Assembly: GCF_009914755.1 (NCBI RefSeq)
Contig: NC_060925.1
Origin: the human T2T-CHM13v2.0 reference genome, Homo sapiens
Strand: one strand, 5' to 3'
Length of the DNA: 64,000 bases
The first letter of the stretch is position 1. Every line of letters begins with the position of its first letter. A program made the position numbers and the translations under genes. Below are positions 1 to 12,546 of this stretch, piece by piece. The notes below the pieces were generated by a model, which saw nothing but the letters and a program-made list of their open reading frames with translations, was not told the origin of the DNA and searched no databases.

Positions 1-312
1 CTTTACTTTGCGACAGTGACTTTGGGTGACCTTGTGCCTTTTGACTGGGTCCAGGAAATACCAGAGCTGCAGAGATATTGATCACTCTCCCCTTGAACAT
101 ATAAATGGGCTGTTACCAAAGTGCAAGGTTTTATTAAAGCACAACGCAAGCGGATTTTTCTTTTGAAAATGGAACGGGGTTGTGGACTCTTTTATTCCCA
201 TTTATTTTCTGAGTTGGCTGTTATCACCGTTTTCAATTTCTACACTCCTGAAGTCGGTCTTCCTTGTGTCTTGACAAAAATTTCACGACCTCTTCCCCTT
301 TCATTGTTTCCC

Positions 313-750
313 CTATTTATTTATTCACTCAACAAATGTTTACTGAGGTCCTGTGATATGCCAGGCACTTTTCTAGATACCAAGGAGACAGCAGTGAGCA
401 AAACAGACAGATATCCCTGCCCTCGTGGAACTGATATTCTAGTGTAGGAGGCACACGATAAACAAAAGAAACAAGTAAAACCTGCGGAATGTCCGATGGG
501 GTAAGTGCTTGGAGAACAGGAAGACTTACAAGGGAGGGAGGATGGTCTGGACATTTGAGCAGAGGTTTGAAAGGGTGAAGTAACCACCCAGAGAGCACTG
601 CAGATGGAGAGAACAGCAGGTGCAAAGGCCCTGGGACAGAGCATTTCGATGACCCGCATGGCTGGAGCAGGGTGAGCCCATGGGGACAATAGGAGAGAAG
701 TCAGATAGGGGGATGTAGAGTTAGGTCCAAGGTTACAGCTGGATGGAGAC
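313..750 (-). mobile_element. L2 LINE 3' end relic
   Basis: ttcactcaacaaatgtttactgag...gccaggcact...cagcagtgagcaaaacagacag...cctgccctcgtgga matches the antisense L2a 3' end; boundaries approximate. Confidence 0.8.
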
Positions 751-904
751 ATCATTAACTACGATCCACCTGAAAGACAGCCTGAGCCTGGAAATAGCTC
801 CATTCTTTGTGAGCAATGCCACAAAGTCGTGAGTAAAGGACACGGGCCCGGCTGGCAGGCACCAGGCTGCTCAGCTGTGCACATTCCCACATCAAATTCT
901 GTAG

Positions 905-1110
905 CAGTTCCTATTTGCCAGGCACTGTTTCTGCACTATGTATATAGTCGCTAATTTAACCCTCACCACACACTTGTCAGATGGGTACTGTTACTGCCCC
1001 ATTTTCCAGATGAGGCTCAAAGCGGTTAAGTCGCCGTCACAGGTTTCACAGCTGGTAAAGTGAGGAGTTGGAATTGAAATGAGGCAGACGGCCTCCAGGG
1101 TGCATGCTCC
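905..1110 (-). mobile_element. MIR SINE
   Basis: MIR core ccccattttccagatgagg...ggttaagt...cacagctggtaa. Confidence 0.75.
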
Positions 1111-1339
1111 CACTCATGGAGCCACATCTGCCTCCCTTGCTAACACGACAATGATACCTGTAGTAATACATACTCTTTACATGTGAACACACACAGCATG
1201 CTGTTATGTATAGTATGGGCTCTGATTTTAATACATGTCTTAGGAAGACAGAAGTTAAGACGGCAACTATTTGCAAGAAGTTGTGGAACTATTCAAAGGA
1301 TCAGTTCTAAAGCTGTTTAAAAAAGTAGGGTGGGGAATT

Positions 1340-1540
1340 GGACTTCTTGGGTTCAAATCCTGGCTCAGCCCCTTACTATTGTGAGATCTTAGACAAGGAA
1401 TCTTGCTGGTCTGAGACTCAGTTACTGCAGCTGTAAAACAGAGATAGACAAGTAGGTATTTCATGAAGATGCATTAAGGATAAATGAAATCATGTATCTC
1501 AAAGTCCTGGCACAGAGGAATAAATCAGGAAATTTCAGCT
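1340..1540 (+). mobile_element. MIR SINE
   Basis: gggttcaaatcctggctc...ctcagtt...ctgtaaaa...aggataaatga. Confidence 0.75.
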
Positions 1541-2319
1541 CTGATCATCGCCATCAATTTATGATTATTATTGTTGTAATCTAAAGTTTCCAGGACTCGG
1601 GTTAAGATACGCTGGGTCCTCAGGATGGAGCTGAATGGTCCCCGGGGGCCAGATCAGATTTCTGATCATGAGTGTGTTTGCCTAGCTATTGATTTTCTGC
1701 GTGGCCTTTTACCAAGTTGCTGCTTTACCTGCCTTTGTGCTCATTCTCCACCGACGAGGCACTTAACCCTTCCAGAAGGATGTGAGGAGGCGGAAAAATC
1801 GTTTGTAAAATCATGCTGACATTTGGGGGTGGAAGGTGCTGAGGAACTGTGAGGCAGAGTGTTTCCCTTCCAATCACCCTCCCAGTCCGATTGGTACTCA
1901 TCTTGGAAAGGTCACTCTCTTGGCTTAAGAGTTTCCTGTGACACTCGAGCTGCAGCTTAAACGAATTGTTCCTGAAGTCTGTCTTGCGGTACTTGTCACT
2001 TCAGTCTTTCTCCTTGCTTCTGGAATTCAGTGGGGAAATTGCAAGGGCTCCATCTCAACTCCTGCTGTTAAGCTGAAGGAGGTCATCCGAGACCCACTTT
2101 ACCTAAATGCCGTGGTCCCCAAATGGTGGTGGACAGATGACCACTGGCATACATCATGCTTTTAGGGGACACATAGAAGAACCCTGAGATTTTAATAGTC
2201 ATGTATGTATTTAATCTATGTTGGAGAAATATAACTAGCATATCAAACCAATGATGCAAATTTTTAGAATTAAATTTGTATATGAAAAATAAAAGTGAGT
2301 TGTTTTTGAATATTAAGAA

Positions 2320-2458
2320 GTCTGGGTATGATGACTCACCCCTGTAATCCCAGCACTTTGGGAAGCTGAGACAGGAGGATTGCTTGAGCCCAGGAGTTTG
2401 AGACGAGCCCTAGCAATATAACAAGACTCTGTATCTATTAAAAATAAAAATTTAAAAA
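2320..2458 (+). mobile_element. Alu monomer (FLAM_C-like)
   Basis: Single Alu left-arm monomer with A-rich tail; TSD gaatattaag(a/c)a at 2308 and 2459. Confidence 0.88.
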
Positions 2459-2568
2459 GAATATTAAGCAGACCATATAAGTGGTACATAGCTATGGCAG
2501 AAACCCCTCCTTGTGGCTCTTAGATGACTAAAATTGGTAAAAGCACATTCTGTAGATAACCTATGTGG

Positions 2569-2640
2569 AAACTTTTAAAAGCCGTAATTGCCAAAGCTGT
2601 AATTGCCAATAGCTTTGGCAATTGCCGCTTTTAAAAGTTT
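2569..2640. repeat. Inverted repeat, 30-bp arms (2 mismatches), 12-nt spacer
   Basis: aaacttttaaaagccgtaattgccaaagct versus reverse complement of 2611-2640, aaacttttaaaagcggcaattgccaaagct. Confidence 0.92.
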
Positions 2641-3819
2641 ATAACTTTCTACATGTTGCTGGTCATGTTAGCCACTTCACCTCTACTTACTTTGCTGACT
2701 AAATTCTACGCTAGAGCCTTGTTTTAGCTCTCACATTCCACACTGTGGAATTCAGTAGCTTAAGATGGGTCACCTGCCTTGAACACTGTCCGATGTCATT
2801 TAATACTGGAAGGACCCCCCTGATAAAACCACTTTAAATCTCTGTTCAAAAACCTTGTTAAGCCCTCTGTTCAAATTTATTGTTTCCACCAGTTCTGTAG
2901 TAAGAAATACAGGCTTTTCTGAGAGCCATTTCTCCAGCTATCTCCTGTAAGGCAGTTTGTACAAGTCGTAAATCATTCGGTCGTTGTTACAAGAAGCCAT
3001 AATGAAATCTCCGGCAACACCAGGCTTGTAGCTAGAACTGAGAATAGCTGTTGAGAGAGGGGTGTTTTATTCCCCTTTAAAATCAGAGTGGAAATTTACT
3101 GCCTTCTCCACAACCTCTGTATAACACTCTGTAACTAATAAAATTCCTACCGTGTGATCCGTGGGTTTTATTTCTAAGTCAAATCATGTGGCGTGCATGC
3201 GTGTATATCCATTTTCCACTCTGAGCTGATTCAAGAACTGTTGATGACTATTTATGACTTTTACTATGTTACTCTGAGATTTTAGCGGGAACCCAAACCA
3301 AGTGTCTCCATGCAGTTTACCAAGTTTTTTGAAGATGCCTAGAGCTCAACTTTACTTCCCAGGGTTTCTTTAAGCCATGTTGAAAGCCATAGACCATAAA
3401 CCACAAACCCCTAGGTCTATTGTATGTTGAGCAGAGAAGATAAACTGATGTAATACAAATGTCAGCTAATTACAAAAATCAGTTCTTGTAACAACTCGAA
3501 AGATGATCTGGGTTTAAATGAGATAAACAAGCAGGGTTGTGTGTTCCTCATTTTTAGATGGCAAGCTAAAATGTCACAGGGTGTGCTCTCAGCTGTCAGC
3601 CTCTAATCTAATTAGACAGGATAATTGGGGAGGCTGAGCTTGCTGATGGTTGACAAACATATTAGTCTAATTTCATTCTCTCTAATATGACTCTGGCAAC
3701 CCTGAGCTTCTCTTGTCATCACGTCAGCCAGGAAGGATTCTGAATGCAAAGACAAAACTCTGGTTTGGTTTCAGCGATGATTTCTGGGTATAGAGATTGC
3801 TGCTAAAGGGAAAAAGTGT

Positions 3820-3846
3820 GGGAGCGGGGGCAGGGTGGGGCTGGGG
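3820..3846 (+). other. G-quadruplex motif (5 G-tracts)
   Basis: gggagcgggggcagggtggggctgggg fits the G3+N1-7 pattern. Confidence 0.7.
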
Positions 3847-4184
3847 TGCAATTCAAACTGTAAAAGCAAACTAACAGAAAGGATGGTTTGGGATTTGTAT
3901 GAGGTAGAAATGTAAACTGAACTGCTAAATAGTTATCAAAGAATATCCCTTTTGCTATGTTTAAGGACACGCAGTGAACAGAGCTCAAGTTGACAGCATG
4001 CTGCCTCTTAGAGACCTACTGGCACAAATCGCTAAGAATGATTTATCACCATCTTTGAAGTTATGCATCTGCCAGGGGGATAGTCAGCCAGGATGCCCTG
4101 CCTTGGCCTTCTGGCCATCTGACTGGTGGGTCGTCAGCTCCTGGGCTATCTCAGCTATTAATTATTTTTAATATCTCCCCTGTT

Positions 4185-5155
4185 GCATTAATTTTTATTT
4201 TTAGTTTGCTGCTATAAACTACCACAAATTTAGTGGCTTAAAACAGCACACACTTGTTATCTTACAGTTCTGTAGGTCTGAAATCAGGGTACAGTGTGAG
4301 TCAGCTGGGTCCTCTCATGGAGTCTCACATAAACACGGCCAAAGTGGCAGCAGGACTGTGTTTCTTTCTGCAGGTTCTAAACCTAAGTCTGCTTCTGAGC
4401 TCATTCAGGTTGTTGGTCAAATTCAGTTCCTCGCAATTGTAGGACTGAAGTCTCCATTTCTTTGGTGACTGTCAGCCAGGAGTGGGTGTTTGCTAGAGGC
4501 CACTCACATTCCTTCTCATGCTTGACACAACTTCTCTTCCAGTCACATCAGCTGCTATGATTTTAATGTGTCCCCTAAAACTTAATCCTCAATGCAACAG
4601 CGTTGGAAGGTGGAACCTTTAAGAGGTAATGAGTTCATGAAGGTTCTGCCCTCACAAATAGATTAATGCTGTTATTCCAGAAGTGGGTTAGTTATCAACA
4701 GAGTGTGTTCTTGATAAAAGGATGAGTCCTACCCCCATCCTCTCTCTCTCCCACCCTCACCCTCTCTTGCCCTTCTACCATCTGCCATAGTATGATACAG
4801 CAAGAAGGTCCTTACAAGATGCTGGTACCTTGTTACTGGACTTCTCAGCCTTCAGCACTGTGAGAAGTAAATTTGTTTTCCTTATAAATTACCCATCTGT
4901 AGTATTCTGTTACAATAACACAAAACAGACTACGACAGTGGATTAAGTACCTTTCATGCTTCAAATCAATTTCCTCTTCTGCCACATCTCTCTGACTCCA
5001 AACAAATAAATTTCTCTGCTTTTAATGGTTCAGTAATTAGATTGGGACAGTATAGGTAGTCCAGGAAAATCTCTATATTTTAAGGTCTGTAACCTTTGTT
5101 ACATCTGCAAAGTCTCTTATTCATGAGTGATTAGGGCATGGACATCTCTGGGGAA
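4185..5155 (-). mobile_element. MLT1E/F-type MaLR LTR, split by an MSTD insertion
   Basis: ctaccacaaatttagtggcttaaaacagca...cagttctgtaggtc...; resumes after 4937 and runs to acatctgcaaagtc...ggacatctctgggg. Confidence 0.75.
4553..4937 (+). mobile_element. MSTD MaLR solo LTR
   Basis: TG...CA termini (tgctatg ... gactacgaca); gtgggttagttatc...gataaaaggatgagt and ttataaattacccatct motifs. Confidence 0.85.
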
Positions 5156-6570
5156 GGAAGGGATAAATTGAGTGACTTCCAGGTGATTTATACATACATG
5201 AAAGTATTTTATCTTCATATAGTTTAAACATTCTCTCCTAAGTCTTATTTATATCAATAATTTTAGTTTAACAAGTGTTTTATTTTCCATAACTAGCACA
5301 AAGTTGAATTTTGGCCCAGATGGTATCCCAACTACCATTCATTATTCCAAATTAGTAGGTTTCTAAATAACGACATTCCACAAAGTAAAGAAGAAGGTCT
5401 AACACTATTGTGGCTGAAGAGATCTGTCAGGCCTCCTTGTAACCTCTCAGTCTTGTGGGCTCAGAGATGCTCATACTTTGGAGCTCTGGGCATTGGTTTA
5501 ACTAATCAAACATGATAGTTTGGTTCTATGGAAAAGGCACCAAGATTGTTATACCACCTACGCATTATCACAACTCCAATAAGTATGGAGAGAGACCCCA
5601 CAAACTTAAGGGTAAGGGACCACTTCAAGGTTGCTGGCTGCATGGTGAAATACGCAGCAATGATAAAAATGGGAAAAGCACTAGCCTTGAGCAGGGACTT
5701 TAGGGAACAGTCAAGTGACCACAAGTGTCATCTGGCATGCTTAGCAGAATGCTTCCTTACAGCGATGCTTAACCCCAGCAGATTGGAGAGGCAACTGTTT
5801 CACCCTAGTCCCTGCCAAGGAATCAGAAATCGAACCCTCAGTGTGGAAATTTTATTTCACATGCCCCCACAGCATCCTTGGGACTCAGGAAGGAACAGAT
5901 GCAGAGAATGATTAAGTAATTCATCAAAGATGACATCATGGCAAAAACAGGTCCAGAACTCAGGACTCCTATTTGCAGATAGTGGAGGATGCTCTCTAGG
6001 GAGAGTTACCAGCAGGTGGTGATTTGCCCTTTTCCTTAATTTCCATTTCCATCTCTCATTGAACTAATTGGAGAGTAACTAACCTTACAAGATTCTGCAA
6101 AAAGAACAACTGCCAAGTGTTTCAGATTGGAATTTACCTAGATTGTCCTCTCCCTCGGGTGTTGTTTCTTTTAAACTGGAGATAAGTTTGAATCATGCCC
6201 CCTATCTGATGTGAACAGCTTTGTTTCTCTCATTGCCTGATGTCTGGCACTATGGATGGGAGGGTGAATGAATGGATGAATATATGGATGGATAGGTGGG
6301 TGGGTAGAGAAATAGGCAGATGGAGAGAGGGATATAATAAATTGTTATAACTCTATGTGTCTTTACCTGTGTCTGGATGGCACTTTCAACTTAACCACGC
6401 AGCCAGAATGTAATTACATCAGCATTGCTGTCATTGCTACTGCACTGTAAAGACACAGGTTAAAACCCAGCACTTTTGCTTCGAGAAGAAATATAACCAA
6501 ATTCAGTTGGCTGTCTGTATCTCTCTATATCTCACATCCTCAGATTAGCCATCTGCAGATCAACAATATG

Positions 6571-7335
6571 CTAAAGTCCTCATTAAACATTGATGATGTA
6601 TATGGAAACTAATTTTACCACACGCTAATTGATACAAACCAGGGTTAAATTACTATGGCATATTTGTACTCACAAAAGCATCACCAAACTTCTAAATGAA
6701 GACCCTGAAATGCTTTTAATACCAAATTGAAATAAATGTGAGTTTTACGCACACTTAAGAAAGCTTAATAAAAACACACAAGATAATAATTTACCCATTT
6801 ATTCCAGTTCAGGGTCAATGGTAGTCACAGCCAACTCAGCAGGCGTGAGGTGGGGACCAGTCGTGAATGAGACACGATTCCATCGCAAGGGACACTCGCA
6901 CCCCCCCACACTCACACTGGGACGTAGACATGCCAATTCACCTAACATGCACATCTTTGGGATGTGGGAGGAAACCGGAGGATGTGGAGAAAACCCAGGT
7001 GGACATTGGGAGAATATGCAAATTTCACACAGACAGTGGCCCTGGTGGGAACCAACTTTTTTTTCTTCTTTTTATTTTATTATTATTATTATACTTTAAA
7101 TTTTAGGGTACATGTGCACAACATGCAGGTTTGCTACATATGTATACTTTTGCCATGTTGGTGTGCTGCACCCATTAACTCGTCATTTAGCATTAGGTAT
7201 ATTTCTTAATGCTATCCCTCCCCCCTCCCTCCACCCCACAACAGTCCCCGCTGGTGTGTGATGTTCCCAAATTTTTTTTTCTCATCAACATTATCACTAA
7301 ACAACATTGAATGAAACAACATTGAGGATCTGCTA
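6571..7335 (-). mobile_element. MER6-family DNA transposon nested in MER2
   Basis: Antisense of MER6: tgcacatctttgggatgtgggaggaaaccggag...cacacagacagtggccc...ctcatcaacatt...gaggatctgct. Confidence 0.88.
7063..7268 (-). mobile_element. 5'-truncated L1PA (about L1PA4/5) 3' end nested in MER6
   Basis: ttattatactttaaattttagggtacatgtgcacaac...gctatccctccccc; TSD-like caa(c/a)ttttttttct on both sides. Confidence 0.92.
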
Positions 7336-7454
7336 TATTTGAAAATAAAAATATAACTAAAAATAATACAAATTTTAAAAATACAGTGTAACAACTATTT
7401 ACATAGAATTTACATTGTATTAGGTATTGTAAGTAATCTAGAGTTGATTTAAAG

Positions 7455-7673
7455 GAGGGGTGTCCAAACTTTTGGCTTCCCTGGGCCACACTGGAAGAAG
7501 AATTGTCTTGGGCTACACATAAAATACACTAACAATAGCTGATAAGCAAAAAAAAAAAAAAAAAAAATCACAAAATATCTATGTTTTAAGAAGGTTTACA
7601 AATTTGTGTTGGGCCACATTCAAAGCAATCCCAGGCCTCATGCAGCCCATGGGCCAAGGATTGGACAAGTTTG
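7455..7673 (+). mobile_element. MER30 (hAT-Charlie MITE) nested in MER2
   Basis: aggggtgtccaa...ttggacaagtttg TIRs; 8-bp TSD atttaaag / acttaaag. Confidence 0.92.
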
Positions 7674-7880
7674 ACTTAAAGTACATGGGAGGATGTTCCT
7701 TGGTTATATACAAATACTACACCGTTTTTTATAAAAGAATTGAGCATCCTTGGATTTTAGTGTCCAAGGGAGGTCCAGGAACCAATCCCCCATGGATACA
7801 AAGGGAAAACTATAATATAACATATATGTAACCACGACTAAAAGAACGAATGAATCTATACCCAGAAAAGCTATAATGTG

Positions 7881-8173
<293 letters not shown>

Positions 8174-9304
8174 TTATGTATATATTCTCAAGTTTATTTT
8201 GATTCTGGTTAAATTGAATTGGCCAACAATTTTTTGAGCCCAGCCTCTGGCTCAATACCTCTGTGTGAGGTACTGCAAACCTTTCAGGTACCTGCAATCA
8301 AGCTAAGCCAATGCAGCTAGTTCCACTGCATAGTAGACACCTTGAGGTTAGTGGCTAGGTCTGACTCATCACAGAAGGTTGCAAGGCTTAAGGAAGTTAA
8401 TATATGTGAAGATATTTGCACAGTGCCTGGTACATAGTGCTCTGTAAGAGCTAACTGTGGTGCTGACATTATTTTCATGATATTCCAAGGCCCGTTGCAG
8501 TGCCTAGCACATAGGGCCGACTCATATCCTCAGATGAATAGATTGAAGTTAATAAGGTGAAAGAAATCCTCAGAAGATATATCATCCAGTTTGAAAACAA
8601 GAAGATTTTTGTATAGAATGAGAAGGATGGCAATACAGTAATGGATTTGACACTGTGTTAAAAAAAAAAAAAAGGAAAAGAAACTCAACAGCACAGATTG
8701 AGAGGAAGGGGTTAACCAAGTGAGGCAGGATGGAGGGGAAGGAGAAAACCTTCCATTCTGCTCTCACCTCTGTTTTCAATGATGATGCATTACCTGTGGG
8801 TGATAATTTCCCTCTCCAGTTGGCTTTCAACTTGAAGTTTAATAGGTGATGATATATATGTATATATGCGACCATGAAACCAGAATTTGACCTGCTAGGT
8901 TAATAAACACTAGCAGTTATTGTAACTCACAAATTACAGGTCCCAATTTTCACAGCCAGGTTGCAGGCATTAATTAAAACTGGTGTTGCAAATCACAGCA
9001 TTTTGGAATGCCTGCAATGTTTAAATTATCAGTGGTGTTGCCACCTTAATTTAAAAAAGCAACTTCCATCATTTTTCAAAGAGTACAGTAATCCAGGATA
9101 AGTCTATCTCTCACGCTTGCGGTCATTAATGTGCTGGGAGCAAATGAAAGTTTTTAATGTCTTTCAATATGTTTGAGTACAAATTACCAGATTTGCTACC
9201 GGAGCTAACTCTGCCCATTATAAAATACAGAATAATTAAGGAGATGTTACTGTGAGTAAGGCTTTTATTTGGCTGGGTTCTCTCTCTCTCTCTGTCTCTT
9301 AAGG

Positions 9305-9535
9305 GGAATTTTCAACAGGGATGATATTGCCCCCAAGGGGGTGAAAATTGCTTCTTGGAAGAGGGGATTTAGATATTACAATTTTATGGTTTTCCAAAGG
9401 GCCACGTATATAAACAGATACACAATGTATCTGTAGCATTAAAATTTCGTGGGATGGGTGGTGAATAGGAAAAAAGATGCCTAAAGGACTCCTTTGGGGG
9501 TTGATAATGATAAAAAAAAAGTTTGAGAAACTCTC
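9305..9535 (-). mobile_element. MER112-like hAT MITE
   Basis: gatattgcccccaagggggtgaaaattg...ccaaagggccac...gataatgataaaaaaaaagtttgagaaac. Confidence 0.75.
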
Positions 9536-10083
9536 CTAATAGGATGGCTTCTGAACACTTGACTTTGAACCATTTACCCAATTTGTAATAAAGGATATAT
9601 CTTAATATTTTTCAAAGAAAATAGGAAACTGGACTTGGTAATGGAAAGAACAGAAATAAAAGGCGTCCACCAACCAGTGAACTAGTAACATCCTCCCAGG
9701 GAACTGGGAGAAGATTAGGCTGGGAAAAAAGAATAAACAGCAACAAAAGCCTAGAATTGGAAGACAGTGGTAAAAACATGTGGGCTGGGTTGGAGAAAGA
9801 AAGCTGCAAAGTAAGGGAAAATACAATGGAAAACTCAGCGCACTGTTGTGGAAGTTGTGGAAAATTCCGTGTGGTTACAATATGGAAACTGAAGGAAATG
9901 TAACTCCAAGGTGGGCAATGGAGAGTAGATGTTAATGAAGCAAAGGGAAGGTGGGGCAGGATCACCTGAGGTGAGGCTGCTGTGGGGCATTTCTACATGT
10001 GTACTTTAGGAAGAGTAGAACAGGTGATGAAAAAACCGTCAGCTCTGAAATTTCTTTAGTTTATCCAGTGTTCATAGTATCTC

Positions 10084-10352
10084 TGTCTGAGTCTGCTTTG
10101 TGTTGTTGTAACAATACCTGAGACCAGGTAGTTCCTAAAGAAAAATGATTTACTTAGTTCACAGTTCCACAGCCTGGGAAGTTCAGGATGCATAGTGCCT
10201 GCACCTGCTCCGGGCAGGTGCAAGCCATTCATGAGAGATGCACCTCCATGACCCAAACACCTCCCCTAGACCCCACCTCCTCACACTACCACACTGGGGG
10301 TCAGATTTCAACATGAGTTTTGGTAGAGACAAACCACATCCAAACTATAGCA
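10084..10352 (-). mobile_element. MST(B/C) MaLR LTR with internal deletion
   Basis: tgtctgagtc...atacctgagac...cctccatgacccaaacacctccc...caaactatagca. Confidence 0.8.
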
Positions 10353-10599
10353 ACCTTTAACTGGACTAGCTTGAAGCATGTGCTCATCCCTGATCAATGA
10401 CTTTGGTCAGAGGTGTGGAATCTCCAGCCTTGGATCTACGGCAGTGGGGCCAGCCCCACTAAAACCATGTGTGAGAAAATGGAGGAAAGGACATCTCCAA
10501 GGAAAAGTAGGATGTGTTATTATCAAAAGAGCAGATAGTGGATATGGGGAGGTAGAACAACTGATGTTGACTCTGATGTTACACAGAGCTGCATTCCCA

Positions 10600-10770
10600 T
10601 CTTAGACACCTTGGGCAAAATATTTCACATCTCTGAGCTTTAGTTTCACCCATTACATGCATTAAGTATGAATGATAACAGAATCTACTGCATTGGATTA
10701 CTGTGAGGATTGAATGACATAATGAAGGTGGCATCCTGGCACATAGTCAGGACTCAGTAAAGTTGGCTCC
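10600..10770 (+). mobile_element. MIR SINE
   Basis: ccttgggcaa...tctctgagctttagtttc...gtgaggattgaatga...cctggcacatagt. Confidence 0.7.
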
Positions 10771-11157
10771 TCTTCCTCCTTACTGAGGAGGTCTATCCTA
10801 CCATAGAAGCATAGTTTATGTTAATTAATATGAGTCCACAATAAGCAATTGAATGATGAGAATCAGTGATGAAATTCATAATTCATTAATCATGTGCTTT
10901 CAATGAGCTTATTAACTCACTCACTCTCTACAGGGTTATTTTTCCTCCCTTCTCTCAATAACCCTCTTTTTTCTGGACCTCATAAGGCACTAATATACTT
11001 CGATCTTCCCTTCAATGCTTTATTTTCTCTGAGTTTGATTTTTTACCCCTTCCATCCTCACTTGAATAGTGCCTGGTAATGACACAGTTTGCCCAGAAAT
11101 GGGGGACAGCCTTTGAGAAGCAAAGCACCCTCATGGCGCACGGAGAAAGGGTTTGCT

Positions 11158-11539
11158 ACAGTGTCCGTTTGCTCCGGCTGCCATCGCAAAGTACCACCAG
11201 ATGGGAAGCTTCAACAACAGAAATTTATTTTCTCACAGCCTGGAGGCTGGAAGTCCAGCAGGGTTGGCTACTCCGAAGGCTCTCTCCTTACTTTGCAAAT
11301 GGCGTCTTCTCCCTGTGTCCTCACAGGGTCTTCCCTCTCTGTATGTCTGTGTCCTATCTTCCTCTTATGAGGACACCAGCCATATTGGATTAGGGCCCAC
11401 CCTCATGACCTCATTTTACCTTGATTACCTCTTTCAAGACTATCTCCAAATATAGTTGTATTCTGAGGTTCCTGGAGGGTAGAGCTTCAGCATATAAATT
11501 TTGGTAGCAGGTAAGGGGAGGAACCCTCAGCGCATATCA
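11158..11539 (-). mobile_element. MLT1B MaLR LTR
   Basis: aaagtaccac...aacaacagaaatttattttctcacag...ggacaccagccatattggattagggcccaccctcatgacctc. Confidence 0.85.
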
Positions 11540-12296
11540 GTCGCTTATACACTGTGAGGCTGTGAAGAAGTCTCTTAGCTACCCAGTTGTGATTAACTGA
11601 AATCCATTCAAGCTAGCACAAGTAAGAAGAGTTTACTGAAGAGTTTGCTAAAGAGTTGCAAGGTATAATCTGAGGCAGGAACAGAAATCTAGCCGTCCAA
11701 CCGGAAATCAAAATCTCTATTTCTATTTCTCAGGACTGGAAATATAACTGTCATCTCTGCCTTATTGTATATTCTGTCTATTTCCTCTCTCTCTGTCTCT
11801 CTCATCTTTTTATCTACTTACACATGGTCCAACAAAGCAACTAATCCCTAGTCAATATGATCCTTCATCTCTAAATAGTTTTTGTCTCTAAATCTTAATT
11901 CTAATTCTCAAGATAGAGAATCTGATTGGTCATTGGCCATCCCTGATTGGTTGATGTTGAATCGAGTGCCCATTGCTGGTCCAATCAGCTATATCCAAGC
12001 CATAGGAGAGCAGGGCTGTGTATTACAGAAGAGATTTCCTAGGCAAGTCCATTCAGCAAGTACTAAGGCAGAGGAATTCCCATGTAAGGGACTATAGCGT
12101 GAAGGCACATCCCAAAATATGTCTACAACATAGAATAAGCCTCAGCGTGCTCATTTGTAGACATAATGATTCACACTTCACAGAGTGATAGTAAAGAATC
12201 AATGAGATAATGTGTTGCAGAATTATTTGGTGACACGAAGCACCTAAAGTGTTTATAGAGTGGAACAAGAGCTTACTAATTACTTTGCTATGTCCC

Positions 12297-12546
12297 TGCA
12301 TCAGTTAGCTTTTGACACAAAGTGCTGTGTAACAAATTACCCCCAAACTCACACTCATTTGTTCTCATGAATCTAGATTATCTGATGCTGGCTGATCTAG
12401 GCTGGGTTCAGGCATGGGTGGCTTTGCTGCAGATGTCTCTCACCTTCTCCTGGGACCTGTGGACTAGCCAGGATATATTCTCCTCCTGGCGATGGCAGAA
12501 GTTCAAGAAATGCAAACAGAAGCAGCCAGGCCTTTTACTGTCTAGG
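12297..12546 (-). mobile_element. Old MLT1 (H/I-type) LTR fragment
   Basis: gctgtgtaacaaattacccccaaactc...ctggctgatctaggctggg...ggcgatggcagaag. Confidence 0.6.

Larger units (their letters stand above)
6504..7812 (+). mobile_element. MER2 (Tigger-family MITE), in three pieces
   Basis: cagttggc start; tacagtgtaacaactatttacatag...gtaatctagag; end ggaaccaatcccccatggatac. Confidence 0.8.

Noticed and set aside
121-755. Overlapping 98-144 aa ORFs
   Set aside because: They lie largely in an L2 relic and show no recognisable domain or exon structure.
5506-5911. 127-aa ORF and neighbours in apparently unique DNA
   Set aside because: No recognisable homology, promoter or coding-like composition; the length is within chance range for 64 kb.
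6005-6025. CTCF-like ccagcaggtggtga
   Set aside because: Mismatch at the conserved GGC position; cannot be supported without ChIP data.
6840-7050. SINE/tRNA-like segment (ggaggaaaccggag...gaaaaccca)
   Set aside because: It is the known internal part of MER6, not an independent RNA gene.
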